From positions 12,509,263 to 12,573,262 of the forward strand of contig NC_134028.1 in NCBI RefSeq assembly GCF_964204645.1: 64,000 bases of DNA. Direction: 5' to 3'. Positions 1-11,719 of this stretch are shown one piece after another. Position 1 is the first letter of the stretch, and each line of letters starts with the position of its first letter. The notes below the pieces were generated by a model, which did no database searches, was not told the DNA's origin, and worked only from the letters and a program-made list of their open reading frames with translations. The position numbers were made by a program, and so were the translations under genes. Source of the DNA: Tubulanus polymorphus. Lineage: Eukaryota; Animalia; Nemertea.

Positions 1-69
1 TCCAGGTACATACTCGGCAGCGGACACCGGCCCGGAAAATATTTCAAAACGTGTATTGTCGGTACCTAG

Positions 70-202
70 CACGATTTCAGCGTTTTTCGGGAATTCCCTG
101 ATATTTCGGCGTTTTTCGGAAATTCCCTGAAATTTAAGCGTTTTTATTTCAGCGTTTCAGCGTTTCAGTGATTCAGCTTTTTCAGCGAAGTTCAGGAACC
201 GC
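70..202. repeat. End of a TIR element with tandem subterminal TTCAGCGTT-type repeats (other end outside window)
   Basis: Repeated tttcagcgttt units and two gcgtttttcgg(g/a)aattccctga copies, ending abruptly at ...gttcaggaaccg. Confidence 0.45.
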
Positions 203-600
203 TTCTAAAAATACTGATTTTTGTTCAAGTCTCCAACAATTACAGTAGACTCTATTCGCGTCTGATCTAGGCGTTTCAAAAATGTATCCAACACTTGCAA
301 AATCCTAGTTAAACCTTTAAATATCTTAATTACTTTAACATATAAAACATTTCTTCATACATCCAACTTTACTTTCCTCTTATGTGCTGAACATATCAAT
401 TTGGCCATACATCCTACTCCACCTAATTTCCCCATCATTCTATTTATGACTTTTCCTAACAGGTTTTTACTAAACAATTCTCTTCATCTCTCCTTTCAAT
501 TTACAATTTTTCAAATATACATGTCTCTATATTTAAAAGCTTTCAATAATAGTAACCTGCTACATATTTTCTGCCAGTTATACTTAAACATATTTCTTCA

Positions 601-848
601 TACTGTCTTTTGATATACCTACATATACTCTAATTAATATACATCGATTACATATCACTAGAACTTCTAGCATTACTGGCCAATGTGCCTCAATATTGTT
701 GATTCCTGTATACATGTTACATGTTTCTTAATACTGTTTTTTGATATACCTACATATACTCTAATATCCATCAATTACATATCACTAGAGCTTCTAGCAT
801 TACTGGCCAATGTGCCTCAATACTGTTTATTCCTGTATACATGTTATT
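601..848 (+). repeat. Tandem duplication of about 125 bp
   Basis: tactgtcttttgatatacctacatatactc...cctgtatacatgtta occurs twice head to tail. Confidence 0.85.
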
Positions 849-2236
849 CTGAATTCCCAACCTCACATTTCAACAATTGCATAACGCTGTCCCCTCTTGA
901 TACTACCGATATCTCTTATGGTACAAAAGGTATTAACGTTGCAAACGTCACATCTGACAAACTATAATGCTTCTGTATCATTTTCATTGGTACAACTAAG
1001 GTGTCACAATCAGAATCTCCTCCTCGATTGACAAGGAATGTTGTTGTTGTCTTATCAATTTTCTCTATTGCTAGTATCTGATACTTAGTTGTAACTGTCG
1101 GCGCTGTCAGTGTCTGCAAATTAAATGATACAAATTAACATTCTTTTAATTCCTAAATTACCCTATTTTCACAATGCTCGTAAATTATATTTCTTAAGGA
1201 GTAAGTATAGCTTATATCAAAGTTATTGCACCTATTGTGATGCAGTCCAATACTGTATTCTTTCACTTTCCATTACATCATTATCAATTGTCTACTTACT
1301 TGTATCGTTGTGCGTGTTGTCGTTCCTAGCACATTCTCATAGTTAAATGTAGACACTGACACGTTCTCTGCTTTAATATACTGGCCTTTGTGAATGTCCA
1401 TATCTGCATGTGTACGCCACAATGCAAGTTTCACCATAGCTGTATCATCCTCCACTGTAATATTTCGTACTGCTACTGATTCGTTGTTACATGATACTGT
1501 CTTCTTCACTTCATCCTAAAAAGATGATTTTCTTTCCTTAATCCATGTTACACCGTCCATCATTCAACTATCTTACATTTACCTGCTACATATATTAGGT
1601 GCATTTGCTTATATCACAAACATATTGATACTCCCAAATTTTCCTTCTCTTCATAAAAATATTTTATTTTCCTAGGTCATTTTTCAATCGTCTCCATCTC
1701 GCCTATCAAAGATTTCCTAACCCTTACATCAATACTCTCTTTAATTCACTCAGCAATAACCACTAAACTATTTTTTTCCTCTGCAATTTAATTTCTTCCC
1801 TATTCCAGTCTTACATTCAACATTGTTCTTATCGTCATTATTATAATTTATACATTCACCAATACCTTTGTGTTTTCTTAATAATTTGATGTATAAAACT
1901 TTGTCTTTATGACATATACCTGTACAATGGTCCCTTGTATTGTAACTTTCGTCTTCTGAGGACTACCAGTGTACTCTCATTTACCAGTGTACTCTCAGTG
2001 CTTATCAGTGTACTTTATATAATATATACCACTTCGTTCTTTACTCGATAATTCCTAATCAGAATTCCTGTGTCTTGGTTCAATTTGTGTTTTGTTCCAT
2101 ATACTAATGCCTTCACTACTCCTGTACTGTCTGCGAGTGCTACCTGATTACCATCTACTTCGACCACTCTCACTCTCAGCGGTTTACTATATGGACCTGT
2201 CCTCTGCTCATTCTTGAGTCGCTCAACAGACAACAT
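844..2236 (-). pseudogene. Spliced multi-OB-fold ssDNA-binding (RPA/SSB-like) gene, disrupted
   Basis: Exons 2236-1920, 1515-1300 and 1113-844 have GT-AG ends in phase 0. Peptides: LRVRVVEVDGNQVALADSTGVVKALVY, and SPQKTKVTIQGTIVQ|DEVKKTV..VRNITVEDDTAMVKLALW..KGQYIKAENVSVSTFN. In-frame stops at 2015 and 916, and a repeat-scrambled patch at about 1960-2015. Confidence 0.7.
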
Positions 2237-2381
2237 CTGAATATATAACCACGAATAAATTTTACATACATGGGTTATTTCATATATCAATAACTATTCA
2301 ATTCCACTTACCATTTACCCAGTACTGATATAACAATATTTCAAAGTAGGTTCAAAAATCCTTTTTAGCGCTACTACCACC

Positions 2382-2816
2382 TACCCTAATGTCTATTTCA
2401 ACTTGACTTGAGAGCATTTCAGGTGACCTAGCTCAGTCAGTTTTCGTGGTACATACCTAATATAGGCCTAGGTCTTATTATGACCAGGAAGGAGCAGCAG
2501 TGACTCCATGATTTGACACTTTAACAATATGTCACCATGCCTACCAACTGACATTTGGTGTGTAGACATGGAAACATATTGTTAAACTGTCAAATCATTA
2601 TCATGGAGTCACTTTTCTCTATTTCACTCCTTTTAATGAAGACTTTTTAATGAAGACTTTCAATACAGTGAATAATGTATTAAAAAGCAATGTTTTAGGT
2701 CAACTGCTGGTCATTCCTGGTCCTAATAAGACTTTCATCAGGTATGTACCACAGAAGGTGACTGAGCTATGCCACCCGATGTGCTCTCAAGTCAAGTTGA
2801 AATAGACATTAGGCTA
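2382..2816. mobile_element. Foldback MITE with long imperfect TIRs
   Basis: cctaatgtctatttcaacttgacttgagagca... matches ...tgctctcaagtcaagttgaaatagacattagg, and complementarity extends more than 150 bp inward. Confidence 0.8.
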
Positions 2817-3410
2817 ACGTTTGAAATGATTGATACGTGTACCACCATCACCGTAACACTTTCGTATCGTCAATCATCGCCTATATCGATTATTAACCCT
2901 CTTCTTTTCAATTACTTTCATTCCCCTACTATTCCAACCATTCTTTCGCAAACATATTTTTACTTTTACATACCTTTAACGTTCTTGAATAGGCTTCTTT
3001 CTCTACTTTTATTTCTTCTATCGCTCTACATCAAAGATGGCCATGCTCTCTTCTAAAAATAGATCTCTCACTTCGGTACTCATATCAGTACGCTAAGAAT
3101 ATAGTTCCTTCCGTTTCCAATTGGTGGTCATCATCTTCTACGATATTTAACATCACGTCATAATTATTCTGTCTTCTGACACCTGATATCTTCTTTCATC
3201 ATTTATCATCCCAACTAGAGTTTTTCAATCGTCAGAGTACCAACTACGCCAGCGATGCCGGATCTCCTCTCGCAATACTTCTTTGTATTCCTACTCTCAT
3301 TAATAATCTTAATCTAATTACATTTATACCATCGACCTTCCTTCTTTCATTACTACTTTTCAACTTTTTCAATAATCTATATTTCCATCATTTAATATTT
3401 ATAATAGGTT

Positions 3411-4537
3411 ATATATACCTAGACTGGTTACCGCTCTCTCCTCAGTCTAAAAGCGTTTTTGTGAGCTGAATAGATTAGGTTTTGATTAGCTAGTGCGATT
3501 AGGTGCAATTTTGATTTGATTAGCTTTGGTCCACAAATGAGCAGTTTAGTTACTTCGATTAGGTACATGGCTGCCTCCATGGACAACAAGAAAAAGAGTT
3601 CAGCGCTTCTTATTATCAATGAGCTGCTGAAAACTGACAAATACCCATACCAAAATAAAAATGGGAAGATTACAGCCGTCAGAAATAATCTGTTATGCCC
3701 TACGAGTTCCAGTATATTTTTGAAACAGAAGTAATGAAACATACAAAAAGTATCTATAAAAAACCGCGGATTAATGATTATGTTGAAAAAACTGTTGAAC
3801 AATATAACGAAGAAGAATTCACTCCGCCATTTTAATTTTTGATTGAAAACCGGTATAATCGAATCGCCTAAACACCTCCTGGGACGATTAGGAGAATTTG
3901 CCAAATCAGTTTTTGTAAATCGTCTCACAAATGTACCGATTAGCCTAAACACCTTGGCTCACAAATGCGCATAATAGCTAATCGACCTAATCGAATCGGC
4001 TCACAAAAACGCCTTAATATATACCCATCCTCGCTTGCCAGGGGTTCGGTATCACTCCCGAACTCGCTTCCACCAGCCCCCTGGGCCAAATTCGGTTTTC
4101 GTATCTAGTGGACTAGTGGTCGGAACTAATAACCAAATGCACTTGATTTTCGAACTATCTCCGGAATATAGTTCCGACTAACGGACATTCGGTTTCGTTT
4201 AGTTCGACTATAGTCGACTAACTCAGATAACCGAAGGTGGCCTTGGCCTCACGAAGCGTGATTTCATTACTGGCGCTGTCGCGCGTGACGTCATATATCG
4301 ATTTGCGTAATATTTCCTTGTGCGGTAAAACGTTCGCTGATTGGTCAATTTAACGGGAAAACCAACAGAAGTCTACTGACGGTTAGTGAAAAGCGCTGTG
4401 ATTGGTACGACCGGATTCTGGTCGGCTAGTAACGACTCCAACGACTCGTGAGGTCAAGGGGTTCGGGGAACAGCTTTAGCGTAGTGGGTTCGAATCCCTT
4501 GACGGGTGAAGATGATATATACCTAGACTAATTGTCA
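3411..4537. mobile_element. Non-coding segment bounded by 15-bp direct repeats, each opening a hairpin (possibly Crypton/tyrosine-recombinase type)
   Basis: atatatacctagact at 3411-3425 and 4515-4529, each followed by a complementary agtct arm. Confidence 0.4.
3447..4016. mobile_element. MITE nested in the hairpin-bounded segment
   Basis: TIRs gcgtttttgtgagctga / tcggctcacaaaaacgc, with internal gattagg/cctaatc repeats. Confidence 0.7.
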
Positions 4538-4575
4538 GTCTCTATCAATACAATATAACTTTATTGAACTCTTAA

Positions 4576-5118
4576 TTACAAGTAAATAAATGATCTACGT
4601 CGCTTGGGGTATTTGTTAGCATTTTTTACACTAAACTCATTTTCTTTGCGCTTATAAAAGACCAGTGATTGCTCTGCGCTAAGTGTATTTGTTGGCATAT
4701 CTCCAAAAGACGCATTTTCATATAACTGTTGCCTTCCAATTCGACCGTTGATGATTTGAAATAATGTCTGAAAACCCGTTATCGCTGCTTTGCAGCTATA
4801 TTTTGACTTATTTTCTGGTATAATAGGTTTATCATCGGAATCATTATTATTAGATTTGAATTTATATTTATATATTACGCCAGAAAATGTAATAACTGTT
4901 ACTAATCCAATTGTGATATATAATTTATCATTACTTCCAGCATTAGAAGAATGAGATGGATTATCATTCGAATCAATAACAGATAATTTCTGTGGTTCAT
5001 TTATATCAGTTAATTTCTTTTTCTTAGCTTTTTTTAACTCAGAAGATCTTTTACCCAAATCCCTTGCCCATTTAATTTGTTTTTCGGATCTAGGCTTCTT
5101 CTTAATATCATCTCTCAT
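4576..5118 (-). CDS. Maverick/Polinton (adintovirus)-like small basic membrane protein; 3' part probably chimeric
   Basis: Intronless 180-aa ORF with basic N-terminus KKPRSEKQIKWARDLGKRS..KKAKKKK and one hydrophobic helix LYITIGLVTVITFSGVIY. Resembles small ORFs recalled from invertebrate Mavericks. Confidence 0.5.
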   Translation of the reverse strand: MRDDIKKKPRSEKQIKWARDLGKRSSELKKAKKKKLTDINEPQKLSVIDSNDNPSHSSNAGSNDKLYITIGLVTVITFSGVIYKYKFKSNNNDSDDKPIIPENKSKYSCKAAITGFQTLFQIINGRIGRQQLYENASFGDMPTNTLSAEQSLVFYKRKENEFSVKNANKYPKRRRSFIYL

Positions 5119-5318
5119 TTTAATTTTTGTTCTGATTCAATATCTTCTGATTTACTTTTATCTTTGTATTCTATAGGTTTGATGTTAGAAAATGTTATAA
5201 CTCCAGTAGAAATTAATGTCATTATTTCACCTAATTGGAATGAAGCGTATCCAACCCTTTCCTGTAGTTCTGTCATAACTAAATAATCATTTTTTAAATC
5301 AGTATATAATGTATTTTC
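5115..5318 (-). pseudogene. C-terminal fragment of a second Maverick-like ORF
   Basis: Open frame ENTLYTDLKNDYLVMTELQERVGYASFQLGEIMTLISTGVITFSNIKP...KLK*; its TGA overlaps the next ATG (ATGA at 5118-5115). Confidence 0.5.
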
Positions 5319-6346
5319 ATGCTACAGTCTCATGGGTTGAAATATCCATAATTTCTGATTCCACATCCTTCTATATTCACTTTCCTGATTCAAATAGCAA
5401 TTGTCTTCTTGTTACGCGTAGCATTTTGTTATCTAAAAGATAAATATCTAGCGTAGAATAAAACTAACTTGAAGTTGTAGTTGTCAAATATGAATTACAG
5501 CACTTAAACATGTTTAACCAGTTATTCACCAGCCTAACACTGTCTGCCGCGAAGGTAACTGGTGTTCTTTTAGGATGAAATTAATTAATTCTTTTCAACT
5601 GAAAGAGCGCGTTCGATCAATATTCAAATGAGGTACTCAACCATCAATACTCTATATTTCCTACAGTACATACCGATCATTGTCAACTGCACAAGGTATT
5701 TACTAAATACCAGTATATAACACACTCCTATCCGTTTCACCAAGAATCTTCACAGCGTTCACTGTGGGGGAAAGGAGATCGATCGCTGTGTCGCTTGAAG
5801 TGTTTATCGAGTTTTACGCGGCTTTAGGCCTACCGGTACTGAGCTTGACTGTCTCAAACAAACACACTATAATTGTTGCGTTTATTAACGCACTCATTGG
5901 ATTGAACTTCAAAACAAAATTTACGATATTTAGGAGGGTAGTTATTCAATAGGCCTACGACCAATCTGTCCAGATGTTAGGCCTACGCATATACATAGGC
6001 CTACATAGGCTAGTAGCCTCTACTAGGTTAATGCTAAGTTCACTGTATAGGAGGAATCAGATTTATTAAAATGCATGTTAATTAATGATTAACCGGTTCT
6101 GACTTGCAACGATCAATCAAAATTATCAATTTTATTGCCAAAAATGAAGATTTTTTTGAAAATTTCGTCTGAGCAGACAGCTTTATAAGCCAGACTTTTC
6201 ATTTGAGTTTTTTCATCATAAATGAAACTGGTATTTCATTAATTCCTAATGACTTAAGCCGGGTATATTTCCAATTGATTTTTTGCTCGTTTTATTCTGT
6301 TATTTATTGTTGCTAAGAATGCTTTTCTATCTCCCATTTATTATAG

Positions 6347-7966
6347 GAAAAAATTACTTGTGGTGATGAGTGGTGTGTCGCCCTCTCGCCCTCAGGTATG
6401 AAAACGTCATTTTCCAATTACTCATTGTCATATTGAGATATCTGATAAAAAACATGTACTTTGTTGTAATTTTAGTTTTGCTATCTACCTCCACTACTAA
6501 AGTCCAAGGGCATACGAAGCGTTACGGAGTACTGGTGTTTTAAGTTTACCAAACAAATCCACACTCAAAGACTATTCAAGCTTTTTCCGACCCCAGGAAG
6601 GTTTCCAGCCCCATGTATTTCAGGTACAAAGTGTGACATTTATGATGAGACTGGTTGCAGAAATATTCCTATAAATTTTCTATTGTTTTCAATAGTTGTA
6701 GACCATTGCTTCAAAACTGTCAAGCGAGAAGAGATATGCTGCTCCCATTCTTGATGAGATGAGCGTCAGAGGAGACCTGGTGTATGATCGGCGAGGTGGA
6801 GAAATAATTGGATTTGTAAATCCTCAAACGTGGAGTTTCGATGCATTAAATACTAATAACCATTTGATAACTAAAAATCTTTTACAACAACCAGTATCCG
6901 ATTATGGAATGATTAACAAATTGTTCCAATATATTTTTTGCAGAAGAGTAAATCTGATGTATTAGTGTATTAGTGTTCATGATAGTCGGGATGAATAGCA
7001 ATATCTAGTCATCCTTGGGCTACTTCCCTACGAAAAATGCTATTGCTGACACACTGTTCCCTCTATTATGGGAAGCAGTTATGTTGATTGAAATGCATGA
7101 CCTGAAGGTAAAAAATATTTCCTTTCAGAGTATTGCCCTGATAATAGTGATTTAGGACTTATTTTGACTCTATTTAAAAGGTAGTTTCATGCACAAGTGA
7201 TAAAGCTTCGCCCAACCAGCGACTTTACAGGATGCATGGTGATGGTGGAATGGTCTACCAAACACCTAACCCCTATGCGGACGAAGACCTTTTCTTTATA
7301 TCGGATGCTCCTCACCTCATGAAGACGATCCAAAATAACTTGGAAAAATCAAAACCTGGAGGTAGGAGATTTTAGTGGGTACGTAAATCTCAATCCAACC
7401 ATTTACATCGGATGCTCCTCACCTCATGAAGACGATCCAAAATAACTTGGAAAAATCAAAACCTGGAGGTAGGAAATTTTAGTGGGTACGTAAATCTTAA
7501 TCCAACCTTTTACAAAGTGACATGGAATTGAGTGTAGGTTGATTTTATTTCTATCTTTAACTAGCGTTAATATCATCATACTGTTGTGTGCGAATTTTGT
7601 GTTTCAGAACAATGACCAACACTTGTTGTGGAGCTCCATATTCAATTTGTATTGAGATGATGCTTACAATGACCCCAGCTTCCAGAATGTCGGTTAAACT
7701 AGCTGTACAGGTAACTCGGTTTGTTAATTAATTAGAATGATTTCCCTTTTCATCACTGTTTTGAATATAAATCCCAGAAATGATTAAATTTCCAGGTTCT
7801 CAGTCGATCTGTTGGCTTAATGCTTTAAAATTATTATGGACCAGAAGTCAATGAACTATGTGACAGATCTCTTGACTGTCTTAATTCAAGATCGTTACAA
7901 GAGCACATACCTAAAAGAAAACCAGATCTAGCTCCGTATTATAAAGTTGATGATATAAGATTTGAG
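6347..7966 (+). pseudogene. P-element/THAP9-family transposase pseudogene with spliceosomal introns, 3'-truncated
   Basis: Exon peptides FAIYLHY*SPRAYEALRSTGVLSLPNKSTLKDY; ILDEMSVRGDLVYDRRGGEIIGFV; VLVFMIVG..LGYFPT..LLWEAV; VVSCTSDKASPNQR..FFISDAPHLMKTIQNNL; SRMSVKLAVQ|VLSRSV..DCLNSR..KRKPDLAPY. Mostly GT-AG boundaries, several stops. Confidence 0.92.
7300..7511 (+). repeat. Tandem duplication of about 106 bp covering the DxxH motif exon end
   Basis: atcggatgctcctcacctcatgaag...gtacgtaaatct twice. Confidence 0.9.
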
Positions 7967-8010
7967 GTAATTCAATTTATTCATTTAGATATTGTAAATT
8001 TTTTCTTTTC

Positions 8011-8056
<46 letters not shown>

Positions 8057-8083
8057 GAAAAGAAAAAATTTACAATATCTAAA

Positions 8084-8158
<75 letters not shown>

Positions 8159-8230
8159 GAAAAGAAAAAATTTACAATATCTAAATGAATAAATTGAATT
8201 ACCTCAAATCTTATATATATATATATAAAT

Positions 8231-8261
<31 letters not shown>

Positions 8262-8262
8262 T
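7955..8262. repeat. (TA)n microsatellites with fold-back inverted copies of flanking DNA
   Basis: 7955-8012 is reverse-complemented at about 8153-8213 and partly at 8052-8088, separated by (TA)n runs. Confidence 0.9.
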
Positions 8263-8319
8263 CTATGCATAAACATGTTGTTAATAAGTTGCTCTACAGC
8301 ATATTTCCACTTACAGAAT

Positions 8320-8610
8320 ACTAGTAAAATTAGACAAATCTTGTCACCATGTCACTGCTGAATGCCTCTCTTCGGTAACCACCTGTCTCGATTATTGTAC
8401 TTCTTTGCTATTTGATCTCCCAGATAATATTACATCTAAGCTACAGCGTGTTCAAAATTCTGCAGCTAGTGTCGTAACTCGCAACTCCAAATTCTGTCAT
8501 ATTACATCCATTCCTCAGGGCCTTCACTGGATCCCAATAAAATCTTGCACCAGTCTTAAGTCCTGATCTTAACATTTAAATCCCTATACGGTCTTGCACA
8601 ATATTTACAG
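8320..8610 (+). mobile_element. L2-clade LINE ORF2 3' fragment
   Basis: LDYCTSLLFDLP..KLQRVQNSAASVV..HITSIPQGLHWIPI..LTFKSLYGLA, matching the L2 post-RT motif. Confidence 0.85.
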
Positions 8611-9177
8611 TAACTTGTGCAATGTAATACATCCCCTGGAGTTCGAGTAAAAAAGGCCCACAAACTACCCCTTGCTATTTGCTAGTGGGATGTGGCTGCA
8701 CTGTAGATCTCAAGTACCAACCGGTGGGTTTTTGGAGCTTCATTCAATTCGGCCTTTGAGATCAAACTATCAACCCCTGCTAGTTATCTATGTGTTAATC
8801 CAGCTCAGTCAGACATAAAGCCTTTACTTACTCTGCTCCAGTACTGTGGATGATTTAGTCCAATGGCTAACTGTAGACCATTTTTTGATTAGTAGAACCC
8901 ACGATCCTGTTCAGCAGGGTGCAGTTTATGGAGCAAAGACTTTTTTTTTGGTTATAAGTACTGGTATTGCTAGTGGAGCTCCAGTGATTACAGCATTAGC
9001 CATAAATAAATCAAAGAAATAAATCAAAAATAAATCAATTCCGAAGTGTTATGTCAATTTATTGAAATACTGTTCATGATTCTGTCTAGCTAGACGATTA
9101 TATGCTGTTATCAAACTATCCACATGATCGTAATCTTGTCCCAAACATTCTGTAAAGAGCAGCAAAGCACAAACTAA

Positions 9178-9893
9178 AATCTATCCCAGTGGTTATGATC
9201 GCGGCATTTCCACTCTCAAAGAGCCAGTATCAACAACAATTTAATTGATACTGACAGCCGTAAGTGGTCAAACTCACCATGAGCATCCCTGACTCCCTGG
9301 ACCCCAGCTGCTTGTTACTATAGTAACAGGCAAGAGTGAATAAAGAGCAAAACTTTTCGAAGCTTACACTAAGAAAATGAAGAAATTAGCAAGGAAAAAT
9401 TAGTTTTGAAGTCTTGTTGCATTCAAGAGTGAATATTTTCCGAGGATACCAAAGTCAATGTTTACATTAGAAAGTGTCAGAACTAATTTTCAAGTTGAAA
9501 CATTATATTTGGACGGTGTTTAAGCAAAATAGCAACACAGAACGTACGACTCATGAGATGATAATCAAATCCACAAATAGTCATTTGTTAACATATTTGC
9601 GCATGTCTAGCTTTGTAAAGCGCACTAAATAAGAAATTAATCCACGAAATTCCATGCTTAAATACATTTTACGTAATTCTCTTTGAAAATATACAAGAAA
9701 AAACCAAATCTAGAGGAATAAAGAGAAGTGAATGACCAGGATGGGAAAACTTTAGTATTATTAACTCTTGAATGTAGTAGTTGCCTGACCTCAGTTACTT
9801 GCAGGGTTGAGCACTTAGAAACCACAGGGTTCCAGATCTGTGATGATATGAACTGTTTGATGCACCGCGATCATAACCACTGGGATAGACTTT
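9178..9893. mobile_element. MITE
   Basis: 25-bp TIR tctatcccagtggttatgatcgcgg / ccgcgatcataaccactgggataga. Confidence 0.75.
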
Positions 9894-11719
9894 AGAACCT
9901 TTATCTACATGTCTGATAAGATATGTTTTCTGATAACAGTCAACCTTGGTTAATCTGTATCACTTGGGATTGGGATAAGGTCAGATGGAGACAGTCAGCA
10001 CCATTTATTCTATTTCAAGCAAAAGCATTCTTACTGGTATCGCATATTGCATGGAAACATTTTTATCATATATGTATTTAATTATTACATTCACATTAAA
10101 TTCAGGATATCAAAGTTTAATCGGGTGTTGTTGTCATTTGCTTATATCGCCATTGCATGTAGAAATCTCAGCTGCACACTACAATACAAAAATGTTCCTG
10201 ACAGCTGATACGCACACATATGGTTATAATCTATTCATATGGAATAAACACTTATACGCTTTAACTGGGGATGGATTACCAAGGTTGCCTGTATAATGAA
10301 AAACCAAAAATAATTTGTTTTAAGTTTTCTGATGGTAAGCTTTAACTAATCCATCAGTTACATCACTTAAGAATTGTCAAATTTACAAAATATGGGAAAA
10401 TATTTTACTTTTTAGAAATATGATATTAATGCCTAAGATAAAACAATGCATGGTGTATTTACATTATAACTCTCATTTCTTATTAATGTAGGGTATTAAA
10501 CCCTAAAACATACGATCAACTAAACAACATACCGGTATTTGAGAGCTACTGTTGATGGCTCCCAGTTTGTGTGATAACAATCTGTATAATGGTATGAATA
10601 ACCTGCCTGAGTCCTGAGGTATTTTCAACATATTTACTTTCTTGCAAGCAAATGGAGGATAGATATTTATTACCCATTTTTACTTGACTAAGTTGAAGTT
10701 GACTAATTATGAAAGGTGATTCCATAGTTAATACATCATGGTTCTTAAAAGGAAATAGTTATTCCCTTAACTTCATTCTGTGACAAATATGTCGAAATAC
10801 ACAGTAGAGTAAGCATATAAGACAAATGACTTCAGACAGCAAATCTGATTATCTGTTAAGTTATCTACTGTATTCCAATTTCCTGGGTCAACAGGGTTAT
10901 ATTCTTTACACCATATATTCTTTAAAACGTACATGCCTTTTTGTGATTGGTATATGCAAACTTTGTTTGATTTTTGTAAATGTGCAGGTTTACAAGAGGT
11001 CCAGGGACACCATGCTCTCTTGGTTAAATGCTTGACATTTCAGGATTCAACGTTTCTTGTTGATAGCAGGCATGGATCCAGACTGTCGAGCATGCAGCAC
11101 GTGCGGTAGTCACAGTTTTCAAATGCCCTTGAAAAATTGTTGTTTCGGAAAAAATAAATAAAAGGGTACACAATTTGTGAGTCATAAGAAATAATTGCTT
11201 TTCTGTACTAGGCCTAAAGCAAAATCTAAATGAAAATTGAAAAAGGCAATCCAGGGCACTCTCATTTGCTGAAAAGGGGCACTATTCCAAAACTATTGAT
11301 TAAACTTATAGAGCAACAATAATATGGGCTATTTTGCCAAAAATTCTAAAAAAGGCACTAGCAAATTGAATGCGAAGGCAAATTGAGTGGCATGATACAA
11401 ATAATTGGCACTCAAGTGGCACTCGCTTGCAGGGCCTTTAAAGTTGCTGTAGTCATGGATAAAATACATGTACATTAACCATTAAGCATGAAACACCCCA
11501 ATCACAGAACTTGTCAGGAAATAAAATTTTACATTTGATTGCGGTAACAAAATATGCATAGTTATAAGTATATGGAAATACCATGTTTTCCCCCTAATCA
11601 GTGCCCCCTAGTTAACATTTTGAAAAAAATTAATGAACTTGAAACTCTGATCATAGAGAATGTAATGAGCAACAATTTTGTTATTGATTGTGGTAACAAA
11701 ATATGATTAGGTCAGGCAT

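Noticed and set aside
3428-3952. 174-aa minus-strand ORF
   Set aside because: Lies within a palindromic MITE and has no recognisable motif.
4470-4505. ggttcgaatccc as part of a tRNA gene (also at about 25955)
   Set aside because: Only a B-box/T-loop match; no acceptor stem or cloverleaf.
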